Assembly (NCBI GenBank): GCA_046351115.1
Contig: JAXLZB010000001.1
Coordinates: 2,990,570-3,054,569, forward strand
Direction of reading: 5' to 3'
DNA from: Nitrospiraceae bacterium
GTDB taxonomy: Bacteria > Nitrospirota > Nitrospiria > Nitrospirales > Nitrospiraceae
Length of the DNA stretch: 64,000 bases
Shown: positions 1 to 8,930 of the stretch, one piece after another
Layout of the letters: each line of letters begins with the position of its first letter
Position numbering within the stretch: position 1 is the stretch's first letter
Made by a program: the position numbers and the translations under genes
Notes under the pieces: model-generated
The model's input: the letters and a program-made list of their open reading frames with translations, nothing else
Told to the model about the DNA's origin: nothing
Databases searched by the model: none

Positions 1-113
1 CTCCTCCGATGCCCCTTTGTGATGGGTATCCTGGGCCAGTCGCGGACCAATGTGACCGGCGAAGCAGTCGGACAGGTCTCCGTCTTAGGAAAGAGCAGCT
101 AAAGGATTCAACT

Positions 114-2000
114 ATGCATGAATCTCAAGGAAGCAGTCAGTGGTGTCGAGCGTCATGGAAGTTGTCCGCTCTCTGTGCGGGTATGCTTGCGATGCTTTGG
201 TTCATGATGGCAGCTCCTCAGTCGGGGCTTGCCGGGGAGTCGCCTACTGATGTGTTCTTCCACACCCCCGGAGTTCCAAGCGGGCCGGCGGCGCCGACCG
301 CGAATGAGATTCACTATCCTCAATACGGGTCGATGGATAGCCGCCTGTTGGTGTGGTTTGTCACGCAGCAGCATACGTATTTCGGGGGCTTCGTCTTGGC
401 CTTGCCGATTTTTTCCGTGTTGCTTGAATTTTTGGGGTTGATGGCCAGGAATCCTGCCCTGTCGCTGCGCTACGACGGGTTGGCTCGGGACTTACTCAAG
501 GTCGCGCTGCTTTCTCTCTCGGTGACCGCGGTGGTCGGCAGTCTGATGCTTGGGATGTTCATCACGCTCTATCCCAGTTTCATGCAGTACATGGGCTCGA
601 CTTTCAAAGTGATGATGCCGCTCTATGCCCTCGTGTTCGTGGGCACGACGCTACTGACGATTGTCTACTACTACACGTGGAATCGGCTGTCGGCTCCCGG
701 CTTGAAGTATGGCCATGCCACGATCGGATTGCTGTCGGTGGTGTTTGGAACCTCGCTGCTGCTGCTGGCCAACGCCTGGGCTGCCTTTATGATGTCTCCT
801 GCCGGTGTCGACGCGGAGGGCCGATATCTGGGAAATCCTTGGCACTTACTGCATTCGGCCTTGTGGAATCCGCTCAATGTTCATCGTTTCCTGGCTGATA
901 TCATGTCGGGCGGTGCGGTGGTCCTGGCCTATGCCTGTTACCGGTTTTTCACCGGAAAGAATCAGGAAGAGCGGGCCTATTACGATTGGGTCGGCTACAT
1001 TTTCTTGTTTGTCACTGTCTGCGCATTGCTCCCCATGCCCTTTGCCGGCTACTGGCTCATGCGGTCGGTCTATGCTTTCCGCCAGAGCATGGGAGTCACG
1101 ATGATGGGGGGGCTTTTGACCTGGCTGTTCGTGGTCCAGGCGTTGTTGATCGGGGCGTTGTTCTTGGGGGTGAACTACTATCTTTGGCAAAGCACGGGGC
1201 GCATCCGTGGTGGCGAACGCTACCAGTCCTATTACCAGTACCTGTTATTGGCCCTGCTTGGGTGCCTGTTCATTTGGCTGACGCCCCATACGTTGTTGAT
1301 GAGCGACAGCGAAGTAAAGGCCATGGGCGGTGCGCAGCATCCAGTCATCGGCAATTATGGCGTCATGTCATCGAAGAACGGCGCAGTCAACGTCATGATC
1401 TGTATCACGACGTTGAGTTATATCCTGTACCGTCGCGCCAATCGAACCATGACTATTTCCTGGGTCAAGCGGGGCAATGTGGTGCTCGGTGTCCTCTTCG
1501 GCCTTGGCATCGTGCATATTGTGTGGTTGTCGATCTACGGTTTTTACTTGCCGGCTAGCATCAGGGTCGCTTTGTCTGGCCCGCAAGCGTTGACGACGCT
1601 AACGGTAGTGGTCTTGGGTCTGGTGCTGAACCGACAAATGCTGCGGGGAGCCACGATTCACGGTCCCGTCCAATGGGGCAACATTTCAGTACGGGGCATG
1701 GTGGGGCTGTTTGGTCTCGCGGCGGCATTTTCTTGGGTGATGGGCTTGATGGGTTATATCCGTTCGTCCGGAAGACTGGCATGGCATGTCAGCGAGTTGA
1801 TGCCCGATACGTCCCCTTGGGCCTTTACGCCGACCATCGGCTTTGCGGCCAAGATGGTGACGATCAATATGGTGGTCTTTTGGGGTGTGGTGTTTTTCTT
1901 GTTTTGGGTCTGTCAGCGTGGCCAGCGACCGGTCATGCACGAAGCAGTCGATGCTGAGAAGGAGCCGGTGTTTCTGCCGACTCCTTCGCATGAGAGCTAG
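114..2000 (+). CDS. Cytochrome bd-like oxidase subunit I paralogue (CydA-like; no CydB gene nearby)
   Basis: ORF track 9..2000; preferred start is ATG 114 with aaagga upstream. Polytopic membrane protein collinear with 5537..7471 (MMSPAGVD, WHxxHxALWNPLNxH, GYIRSSxRLxWHV). Confidence 0.85.
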   Translation: MHESQGSSQWCRASWKLSALCAGMLAMLWFMMAAPQSGLAGESPTDVFFHTPGVPSGPAAPTANEIHYPQYGSMDSRLLVWFVTQQHTYFGGFVLALPIFSVLLEFLGLMARNPALSLRYDGLARDLLKVALLSLSVTAVVGSLMLGMFITLYPSFMQYMGSTFKVMMPLYALVFVGTTLLTIVYYYTWNRLSAPGLKYGHATIGLLSVVFGTSLLLLANAWAAFMMSPAGVDAEGRYLGNPWHLLHSALWNPLNVHRFLADIMSGGAVVLAYACYRFFTGKNQEERAYYDWVGYIFLFVTVCALLPMPFAGYWLMRSVYAFRQSMGVTMMGGLLTWLFVVQALLIGALFLGVNYYLWQSTGRIRGGERYQSYYQYLLLALLGCLFIWLTPHTLLMSDSEVKAMGGAQHPVIGNYGVMSSKNGAVNVMICITTLSYILYRRANRTMTISWVKRGNVVLGVLFGLGIVHIVWLSIYGFYLPASIRVALSGPQALTTLTVVVLGLVLNRQMLRGATIHGPVQWGNISVRGMVGLFGLAAAFSWVMGLMGYIRSSGRLAWHVSELMPDTSPWAFTPTIGFAAKMVTINMVVFWGVVFFLFWVCQRGQRPVMHEAVDAEKEPVFLPTPSHES

Positions 2001-2030
2001 GATCAACGTCAAACGAGTGTGGTGTAGAGG

Positions 2031-2681
2031 ATGAAGTCGTTGTTAAAAACATGGGCCCTTGCGAGCGTGTTGGTAATCGCATTCGGTGGGGTGACATCGG
2101 CGTTGGCCGGTGACAATGGCGTGATTGTGCTCGAGGATTTTCAGCACAAAGACCAGGATGGGTTTCCTGTCGACTGGCAGCATGAGAATCAACGAAGCCA
2201 GGCCAAGGGACGCGATGCATACAAGATTCAAGTGGAGGGTGGCCAGGGATTCCTAGCCGCTCGTGATGCCGGGCAGCGGGTCAAGAAGCGAAAAATCGAT
2301 TGGGATCCCAAGGCCTATCCAGTTCTGACCTGGCGGTGGCGGTTGCATAAGGCTCCCGGCGGGTCTGAGCCGGTCGCAGCGCTGTATGCGTCGCTCGACA
2401 CCGATTTGATGTTCATTCCCGTGTTTACCAAGTACATCTGGAGTGGTACCAAGCCGGAAGGGACTATTGTGGAAGGCGGGATGTTCAGCGGATCGGAAAT
2501 CGTGGTGCAGAGTGGGACGGCCGCTCTCAACGAATGGGTCGAGGAGCGGATCAATGTCTATGAAGATTTCAAGCGGCTACATCAGCATGAGCCGGCTGAG
2601 AAGGCCTGGGGTATTTCCATCTATGCCGGTCCAGGAGTCGAAATCGATTTTGGGACGATAACTGTCAGCAGAGGGAAGTGA
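2031..2681 (+). CDS. Secreted protein of unknown function (possibly DUF3047-like)
   Basis: 216-aa ORF with an N-terminal signal peptide (ALASVLVIAFGGVTSALAGD) and a gtagagg RBS. The family assignment is from memory only. Confidence 0.6.
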   Translation: MKSLLKTWALASVLVIAFGGVTSALAGDNGVIVLEDFQHKDQDGFPVDWQHENQRSQAKGRDAYKIQVEGGQGFLAARDAGQRVKKRKIDWDPKAYPVLTWRWRLHKAPGGSEPVAALYASLDTDLMFIPVFTKYIWSGTKPEGTIVEGGMFSGSEIVVQSGTAALNEWVEERINVYEDFKRLHQHEPAEKAWGISIYAGPGVEIDFGTITVSRGK

Positions 2682-2718
2682 TCGGCACGATGTTCGAGCC
2701 GAGGTAGGTGTCCAGCCC

Positions 2719-3111
2719 ATGCCCCGAGTACCATCGAAAACCTTTATTGATATCCTTTTGGGCGTAGTCGTCATGGGGACGGTGGGGGCGCTCATCGGGA
2801 CGATCATGGGTGGAGTTTCCATGCCGCTGGCGACTGGGATTGGACTAGCCATGGGCGCAGTCGTCGGTTTTCTCGGTGGTCGGCGATTCTTGATCAGCAT
2901 CCTGGTGGGTTCCCTTCTGGGCGGGGCTCTGGCCTGGATGATTGCAGGGTGGGAAAAGGTTTCGTTCGGAGCAGGCGCGGGGGCGGCGATGGGCGGGTTC
3001 CTGGGTGTGCAAATCTCGATGCTCTTGGACATGCGGGCGGCCCGAAAGGCGGCTACGCTTCAACCGCCGGTGGATAATTCCACGGAGACTCCAGCCGGCA
3101 TCAATTCGTGA
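2719..3111 (+). CDS. Small glycine-zipper membrane protein
   Basis: 130-aa ORF rich in GxxxG/GxxxA repeats (GTVGALIGTIMGG, GIGLAMGAVVGFLGG), co-directional with its neighbours. Confidence 0.55.
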   Translation: MPRVPSKTFIDILLGVVVMGTVGALIGTIMGGVSMPLATGIGLAMGAVVGFLGGRRFLISILVGSLLGGALAWMIAGWEKVSFGAGAGAAMGGFLGVQISMLLDMRAARKAATLQPPVDNSTETPAGINS

Positions 3112-3126
3112 AGGGCGTGTAGCGAA

Positions 3127-4041
3127 ATGGAAAACAGAGCTGTGTTGATCGGGTCCATCATTTTCGTGTTCGGATCCTTTATCGCGACGATTGTCGGGCT
3201 TGTGTACGAGTCCTATAAGGCCAAGCAGATGCGAGAATTGGCCATGTCGATTAAGACGGAAACAAAGGCGACCGTGGTGGCTGAGAAGCAGGACTTTTCC
3301 ATGTACAAAACCCTCATCGGTGATGACGGTCGGGAGATGGTGCAGATTGCTGAGGGTCCGTTCGTGATGGGGAGCCGCGACAATGACAGCGATCCGGACG
3401 AGAAGCCTGAGCACCAGGTCTACCTCAAGGCATATTTCATCGATAAGAAGGAGGTTTCTCAGGACGAATTTGATCGTTTCGCCAAGATGACGAAGCGGGC
3501 CAAACGAAAGATCGAAGTATTTGAGGACGACCCGGCCAAGCTCCTCAAGCCGGAGAACCCGGCGATCGCCGTGACGTGGGACGACGCCGAAGCGTACTGC
3601 CGGTGGGCAGGAAAGCGGTTGCCGACGGAGGCAGAGTGGGAAAAGGCCGCTCGGGGCGAAAGCAAGCGGCGATATCCATGGGGGGATGAGTTTGTTGTCG
3701 GCTATGCGAACATCGATGGAACCGAGGATGGGTTTCAGTATCTGGCGCCCCCAGGAACGTTTGAGCCAGGCCGAAGTCCATTTGGAGTTTATGACATGAC
3801 CGGGAACGTGGCTGAGTGGGTTGCCGATTTCTACGAAGAGAATTACTACCAAAAAGCGACTTATAGGGATCCGAAGGGGCCCGATCAAGGTGAGCAACGC
3901 GTTATTCGCGGTGGCTCATGGCGTGAAACCAAGCGTAATGCAAGGCCTTCAAAGCGATTTCAGGCGAAGCCCTGGCGGCACGACATTACGATTGGATTTC
4001 GATGTGCAAAGGATGTCGAACTGGAGTCGCTGGCCAAGTAA
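3127..4041 (+). CDS. Membrane-anchored FGE-sulfatase (SUMF1 / formylglycine-generating enzyme) family protein
   Basis: N-terminal TM helix, then LPTEAEWEKAARG, RGGSW and GFRCAKD motifs typical of the FGE-sulfatase fold. Confidence 0.8.
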   Translation: MENRAVLIGSIIFVFGSFIATIVGLVYESYKAKQMRELAMSIKTETKATVVAEKQDFSMYKTLIGDDGREMVQIAEGPFVMGSRDNDSDPDEKPEHQVYLKAYFIDKKEVSQDEFDRFAKMTKRAKRKIEVFEDDPAKLLKPENPAIAVTWDDAEAYCRWAGKRLPTEAEWEKAARGESKRRYPWGDEFVVGYANIDGTEDGFQYLAPPGTFEPGRSPFGVYDMTGNVAEWVADFYEENYYQKATYRDPKGPDQGEQRVIRGGSWRETKRNARPSKRFQAKPWRHDITIGFRCAKDVELESLAK

Positions 4042-4052
4042 TTGGTCGTGTC

Positions 4053-5006
4053 ATGCTGGAAAGTAAGTTCAAGATCGCGCTCCTCCTTGTTGTGCTGGCG
4101 GCTGCCAGCCTTCCTGTCATGGGCATTATCAGGGGCACTATTCTTCCCCCATTCGAGCAAGATACCGCTCATCAAGGCGCTGGTTCTGCGGAGCAGTCTT
4201 CCCAGTTCGCCTCGGATGAGGCTCCGGTCGGGGAAGAAATGGTGTTGGTTCCGGCCGGCACGTTCATAAGGGGAACGGATCAGGGCGGTTTCGATGAGCA
4301 GCCTAAGCGGGAGATTTTCCTCGATTCGTTCATGATTGATCGGAACGAGGTGACCAACGCGCAGTATGCCGCTTTTGTGGCTGCCACTGGCCATCGTAAG
4401 TCAGGCCCCCCGTCACGCTATGCGAAAAATATGGGCAAAATGCGAGGGGTGAATCAGCCGGTGGTATATGTCTCCTGGGAAGACGCCGAGGCCTATTGTC
4501 AATGGGCTGGGCGCCGATTGCCTACTGAAGCAGAGTGGGAAAAGGCCATGCGAGGAACGGATGGGCGGCTCTGGCCTTGGGGCAACGTGGAGCTTCCAGG
4601 TGGAGCGAATTGGGCGCGAATCGATGATGGTTTTGAGGCTTCGGCACCTGTCGGACAGTTTAAGAGCGATGCGAGTCCCTACGGAGTGATGGACGGGGCG
4701 GGAAATGTGCTTGAGTGGGTGGAGGATTGGTATCAGGAGAGCGCCTATGCGGAGGCTGAACCTAGAAACCCCCATAGCCCTGAACATGGGACATTTCGGG
4801 TGTTGAGGGGAGCTGGTTATACCAGCGCGGGGTCCGACCTCCGTATTACCAGCCGGAGCAAAATGATGGCCGATTTCCGGGATGAAACAATCGGCTTCCG
4901 CTGCGCACGATCAGTGGATCAAAATGAGGATTCCGGTGGGTCGGTGCGGCCTGGGAAAATCACAGGAAATCAAAGTAGTAGAGGATTAGGAACACGGCCA
5001 AAATGA
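4053..5006 (+). CDS. Membrane-anchored FGE-sulfatase family protein (tandem paralogue)
   Basis: ORF track 4002..5006; ATG 4053 avoids overlap with the upstream gene. TM helix, LPTEAEWEKAMRG, GFRCARS. Confidence 0.8.
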   Translation: MLESKFKIALLLVVLAAASLPVMGIIRGTILPPFEQDTAHQGAGSAEQSSQFASDEAPVGEEMVLVPAGTFIRGTDQGGFDEQPKREIFLDSFMIDRNEVTNAQYAAFVAATGHRKSGPPSRYAKNMGKMRGVNQPVVYVSWEDAEAYCQWAGRRLPTEAEWEKAMRGTDGRLWPWGNVELPGGANWARIDDGFEASAPVGQFKSDASPYGVMDGAGNVLEWVEDWYQESAYAEAEPRNPHSPEHGTFRVLRGAGYTSAGSDLRITSRSKMMADFRDETIGFRCARSVDQNEDSGGSVRPGKITGNQSSRGLGTRPK

Positions 5007-5008
5007 TA

Positions 5009-5037
5009 TTGACAACCATTCCAGCCAAAACTATAAT
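5009..5037 (+). promoter_or_regulatory. Sigma-70 promoter, exact consensus TTGACA-N17-TATAAT
   Basis: TTGACA at 5009..5014, 17-nt spacer, TATAAT at 5032..5037. Lies in an AT-rich intergenic region 3 nt after the upstream stop codon. Confidence 0.6.
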
Positions 5038-5166
5038 GTCGAACACTTTTGAGTTTTTTGCCATAAAAATTCCTATTTTTGCGCGCTCGCGTGAGAAATT
5101 TTGTCTAACACAGAGCAGAGAGTGTGTCAATTAGATTTACGTAACTAAACCGTTAGGAGAGTCACG

Positions 5167-5295
5167 ATGGGAACGGAAGCTGCTCAGGCTCAGGACGACG
5201 TCAAGCTTAAGATCGGCAAGATGATTTTCTATCTCACCTGCGCGATCAGTCTTTGGTTTTTCTACTGGTTCGGTGGGATTCAGTGCCCGTGCTGA
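5167..5295 (+). CDS. Micro-ORF, 42-aa single-TM peptide ending in CPC
   Basis: AGGAGA 6 nt before the ATG. Translation MGTEAAQAQDDVKLKIGKMIFYLTCAISLWFFYWFGGIQCPC. Below the ORF-track size cutoff. Confidence 0.5.
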   Translation: MGTEAAQAQDDVKLKIGKMIFYLTCAISLWFFYWFGGIQCPC

Positions 5296-5346
5296 GTCCT
5301 CACCCTTCTTTTCACGCTCAGTTGATTAAGTTGAGGGGGGTTTGAG

Positions 5347-5469
5347 ATGGGCCAAACAATTGTGTATGTGCTGGTGTCCGTCGCGATCTGCGTCGCCTAC
5401 TTCACCGCTGTCGATCACTTCCTGATGGACGCGCAGGGGTTGGACTTCTGGTATCTCTTCCGGAAGTAG
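5347..5469 (+). CDS. Micro-ORF, 40-aa single-TM peptide
   Basis: GAGGGGGG 6 nt before the ATG. Translation MGQTIVYVLVSVAICVAYFTAVDHFLMDAQGLDFWYLFRK. Below the ORF-track size cutoff. Confidence 0.5.
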   Translation: MGQTIVYVLVSVAICVAYFTAVDHFLMDAQGLDFWYLFRK

Positions 5470-5536
5470 TTTTCCGGGAGGCGGAGAGATTTTGAGGATT
5501 GTTTTTCATATTCGTGATGTATCAAGGAGGTAACCC

Positions 5537-7471
5537 ATGGGTCCGGTAACCCGCAAGAAGTTGATGTCGATTATGGCGCTCAGCGCGATGATCGGCCTCC
5601 TCCTTCTGCCTGTCCTGGTTTCGATACCTGCGCTCGCCAGTGGTGGCGGAGGAGCTGCCCCAGCCGCTCCCGCTGATTCCGCCAAGAAGGACGGTGGTGA
5701 GGCGAAGGTTGAGAAGGGTAAGGATGTGTACTACAAGACGGAGGGTATTGTCTCAGGCCCTCCGGCCCCAAAGACGACCGACGGGGAGAAGGACTATCCT
5801 CGGTACAATTTTGAGAGCCGCGTCCTCCTCTGGTTTGCTAACCAGCAGCACCTCTATTATGGAAGCTTTGTGCTCGCGGTTCCGATCTTTTGCATGATCA
5901 TTGAGTTCATGGGGGTGGTAACTAAGGATAAAGCCCTCGCCAAGCGATATGATCAATTGGCTTATGACTTTATCAAGATCAGTCTGACGGCCTACTCTCT
6001 GACGGCAATCTTGGGTGGTATTCTGATCTTCACCTTCCTGACTCTCTATCCCGCATTCTTCCAGTACCTCTCGAACATTTTCCGGCCGGTCATGCATATT
6101 TATGCGCTGACCTTCGTCGCAGAGAGCGGTACCCTCTACATTTATTATTACGGATGGGACAAGATGAAGGAGGGATTCCTTAAGTGGATCCACCTCAGCA
6201 TGTCTGTCATCCTGAACGTCATCGGCACCCTCCTGATGTTCCTGGCGAACTCGTGGATCGGCTTCATGATGTCGCCGGCCGGTGTTGATGAGCAGGGCCG
6301 ATTCCTGGGGAATATCTGGCACGTCATCCACACCGCCTTGTGGAACCCGTTGAACCTGCACCGTATTCTTGGCAACATGGCCTTCGGCGGCGGCGTCGTG
6401 GCGGCCTACGCCGCCTATCGGTTCTTGTCTGCGAAGACCGACGAAGAGCGGGCGCACTATGACTGGATGGGCTACATCGCGATGGCCCTCGGTGTGTCGT
6501 TCTTAATTCCTCTTCCTTTTGCCGGGTACTGGTTGATGCGTGAAGTCTATGCCTATCGTCAGCAGATGGGCATCACGCTGATGGGCGGTCTGCTTGCGTG
6601 GTTGTTCATCATTCAGGCAACCATGATCGGCATTCTCTTCCTCAGCACCAATTATTACCTGTGGCAAGCGTTGGGTCGGATGCGCGGCGCTGAAAAATAT
6701 CAGCGCTATATCAAGTATCTGGTGTTTCTGCTGTGCTGTGGGTACTTGGTGTTTATCACCCCGCACACGATGGTCATGACCCCGGCCGAACTGAAGGCAA
6801 TGGGTGGTCAGCAGCATCCTGTGTTGGGTAACTACGGTGTCATGTCGGCCAAAAACGGTGGCATTAACGTCATCATCACCACAACGGTGTTGAGCTTCGT
6901 CTGGTACATGCGAGGCAACAAAGTCTCGACTGTGTCGTGGGCGAAATTCGGTAACATCTTCATGGGCTGTTTCTTCTTCTTTGCATATATCAATATTATC
7001 TGGCTGGCGATTTACGGATACTACATTCCTGCAAACGTACGTGTAGGGTTATCCGTGCCCCAGGTGGCTACGACGCTCTCGTGTCTCTTCTTCATGTTCG
7101 CCTTGAACAGCGTCATGATGAAGGGCGCCAAGCAGACGGGCGCAATCGAGTGGGGTAAAATCTCTGCGCGATCACAATATGCGCTGATTATGCTTGCGAC
7201 GGCGTTTACCTGGATGATGGGCTTGATGGGCTACATCCGCTCTTCGGTCCGGTTGTTCTGGCACGTGAACGAAATCATGCGTGACAATTCTCCGTGGGCC
7301 TATACGCACACGGTCGGATTCGCTGCGAACATGATTTCCGCCAACGTGTTGTTCTTCTGGATCAGTATCATGTTCGTATTCTGGCTTGGTACGCTAGGAG
7401 CGAAAAAAGCCCCCGTTGAGGCCAAAGCTGGAGCCCCTGGGAGAGCCCCAGAACCGGCTGTCGGTCACTAA
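5537..7471 (+). CDS. Cytochrome bd-like oxidase subunit I (CydA-like; no CydB)
   Basis: 644-aa polytopic protein with an aaggagg RBS. N-terminal signal/anchor plus an Ala/Gly/Pro-rich linker. Paralogue of 114..2000. Confidence 0.9.
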   Translation: MGPVTRKKLMSIMALSAMIGLLLLPVLVSIPALASGGGGAAPAAPADSAKKDGGEAKVEKGKDVYYKTEGIVSGPPAPKTTDGEKDYPRYNFESRVLLWFANQQHLYYGSFVLAVPIFCMIIEFMGVVTKDKALAKRYDQLAYDFIKISLTAYSLTAILGGILIFTFLTLYPAFFQYLSNIFRPVMHIYALTFVAESGTLYIYYYGWDKMKEGFLKWIHLSMSVILNVIGTLLMFLANSWIGFMMSPAGVDEQGRFLGNIWHVIHTALWNPLNLHRILGNMAFGGGVVAAYAAYRFLSAKTDEERAHYDWMGYIAMALGVSFLIPLPFAGYWLMREVYAYRQQMGITLMGGLLAWLFIIQATMIGILFLSTNYYLWQALGRMRGAEKYQRYIKYLVFLLCCGYLVFITPHTMVMTPAELKAMGGQQHPVLGNYGVMSAKNGGINVIITTTVLSFVWYMRGNKVSTVSWAKFGNIFMGCFFFFAYINIIWLAIYGYYIPANVRVGLSVPQVATTLSCLFFMFALNSVMMKGAKQTGAIEWGKISARSQYALIMLATAFTWMMGLMGYIRSSVRLFWHVNEIMRDNSPWAYTHTVGFAANMISANVLFFWISIMFVFWLGTLGAKKAPVEAKAGAPGRAPEPAVGH

Positions 7472-7497
7472 CCCAGAGAAACGCAAACAAATCGTGT

Positions 7498-7536
7498 GGG
7501 AAGGCCATTAAGGTATGTGCTCGAGATGGCCTTCCC
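7498..7536 (+). other. Intercistronic RNA hairpin (11-bp perfect stem, 17-nt loop)
   Basis: gggaaggccat (7498..7508) pairs with atggccttccc (7526..7536). No U-tract. Followed by aggagg and the GTG start at 7557. Confidence 0.5.
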
Positions 7537-7556
7537 CTCCGCAGGAGGTTTGAGCT

Positions 7557-8873
7557 GTGATTGAATTGATTAAAGAGGCCCTATCAATGGGGTGGCCTGC
7601 ATTAGGGGTTCTTATCGCCCTAATGTTCTATTTCAAGGCTTCCATCCAGGATCCCGCCGCCAGCAAGCGGGCGGTTTTCAAGACCTTCATCGGCATTCTC
7701 GGGGCGTTTCTCTTGTTCATGGCCATCGCCAACTACAAGATGAACTTCTTCGGTGAGTCCCGGCTCTTGCCGGTCTCTCTGGTCTTGATCACTTCCATGA
7801 CTTTTATGATGGCGGTGTATTTCACCAACATCAGTGCGCTGCTCCGTATCGGTGGATTCATGTTCTTTATCGCCGCTGCTCTGTCCGGGTATGGAAACTG
7901 GCTTCCGCAGGTGGAGGGTGGTTTTCCACCGAAGGAAGAGAAAAAAGATTTCAGCAACATGCCGCAGTCTGAATTGGCCGACGAAGGTGAGAAAATTATT
8001 TTCGGCGGTGTTGGGCAAAACAAGGTTCAGGGTGCAATCGGTAAGGGCCAGTGCCCACTTTGCCATGCATTCCATAAGGGTATGTTGGGCGAGCGTGCTC
8101 CAAATCTCGACGGGATTCCTGAGCGTGCAGATAAGGAAAGACTTGAAGATCCCCGCTATCACCGGGGCAAACCGGCGGATCGTGACTCTTCAATGAAAGA
8201 GGCATTCGCTGGCTCTGGTACTGCTGAGAACGGAATTGAGTATATTGCTGAATCCCATGCCTGCCCCAGCTGCTTCGTCGTGGCGGGGTATGGCGTGAAG
8301 GGTACGAATGACAAAGAGAGCCCGATGCCGGCTATTCACAAGCCGCCAATTTCTCTTTCCCTCCCGGAGCTTGCCGCTGTCGATACGTGGCTGTACGTCC
8401 GTGAAGGTAAGGAAGCGCCGGGCTTTGACGAAATCATCAAGGCCTATGAAAAATTCGTTCCGGAATCAGATCGGCCGAAGCCGGCTGATGCGGGAGCTGC
8501 ACCTGCAGGGGCAACCGCGTTAATGGCCGACGGAACCGAGCCGGTGGATCAGATTTTCGCCAAGGCTCAGTGCGTGGCCTGCCACACGATCCCTGGCATT
8601 GCTGGAGCCACTGGAACCATCGGTCCGAAACTGGTCGAGGGAACGACTGCTCCTCAGCGGATCAAGGACAAGGATTATAAAGGCAAGGCTAAGAGTGGAC
8701 CTGAATACATCATGGAGTCGATCGTGGAACCTAGCGCGTTCGTCGTGAAGGGTTTCCCGGACAACACTATGCCGAAGGTGTTCGGTCAGAAGCTCAGCGC
8801 CGGTGCCTTGAAGAAGATTGTCGAGTACCTGTCTCAGGTACAGGAGGGGAAAGAGCCACCCAAGGCTTCGTAG
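7557..8873 (+). CDS. Membrane-anchored dihaem cytochrome c
   Basis: GTG start after aggagg. About four N-terminal TM helices, then two CxxCH motifs (CPLCH, CVACH). Confidence 0.8.
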   Translation: MIELIKEALSMGWPALGVLIALMFYFKASIQDPAASKRAVFKTFIGILGAFLLFMAIANYKMNFFGESRLLPVSLVLITSMTFMMAVYFTNISALLRIGGFMFFIAAALSGYGNWLPQVEGGFPPKEEKKDFSNMPQSELADEGEKIIFGGVGQNKVQGAIGKGQCPLCHAFHKGMLGERAPNLDGIPERADKERLEDPRYHRGKPADRDSSMKEAFAGSGTAENGIEYIAESHACPSCFVVAGYGVKGTNDKESPMPAIHKPPISLSLPELAAVDTWLYVREGKEAPGFDEIIKAYEKFVPESDRPKPADAGAAPAGATALMADGTEPVDQIFAKAQCVACHTIPGIAGATGTIGPKLVEGTTAPQRIKDKDYKGKAKSGPEYIMESIVEPSAFVVKGFPDNTMPKVFGQKLSAGALKKIVEYLSQVQEGKEPPKAS

Positions 8874-8930
8874 TCTAAGACGTAAACCCTGGGAGCTGGT
8901 TTCCACTTCGGATTAAAGGGAGATGATGAA

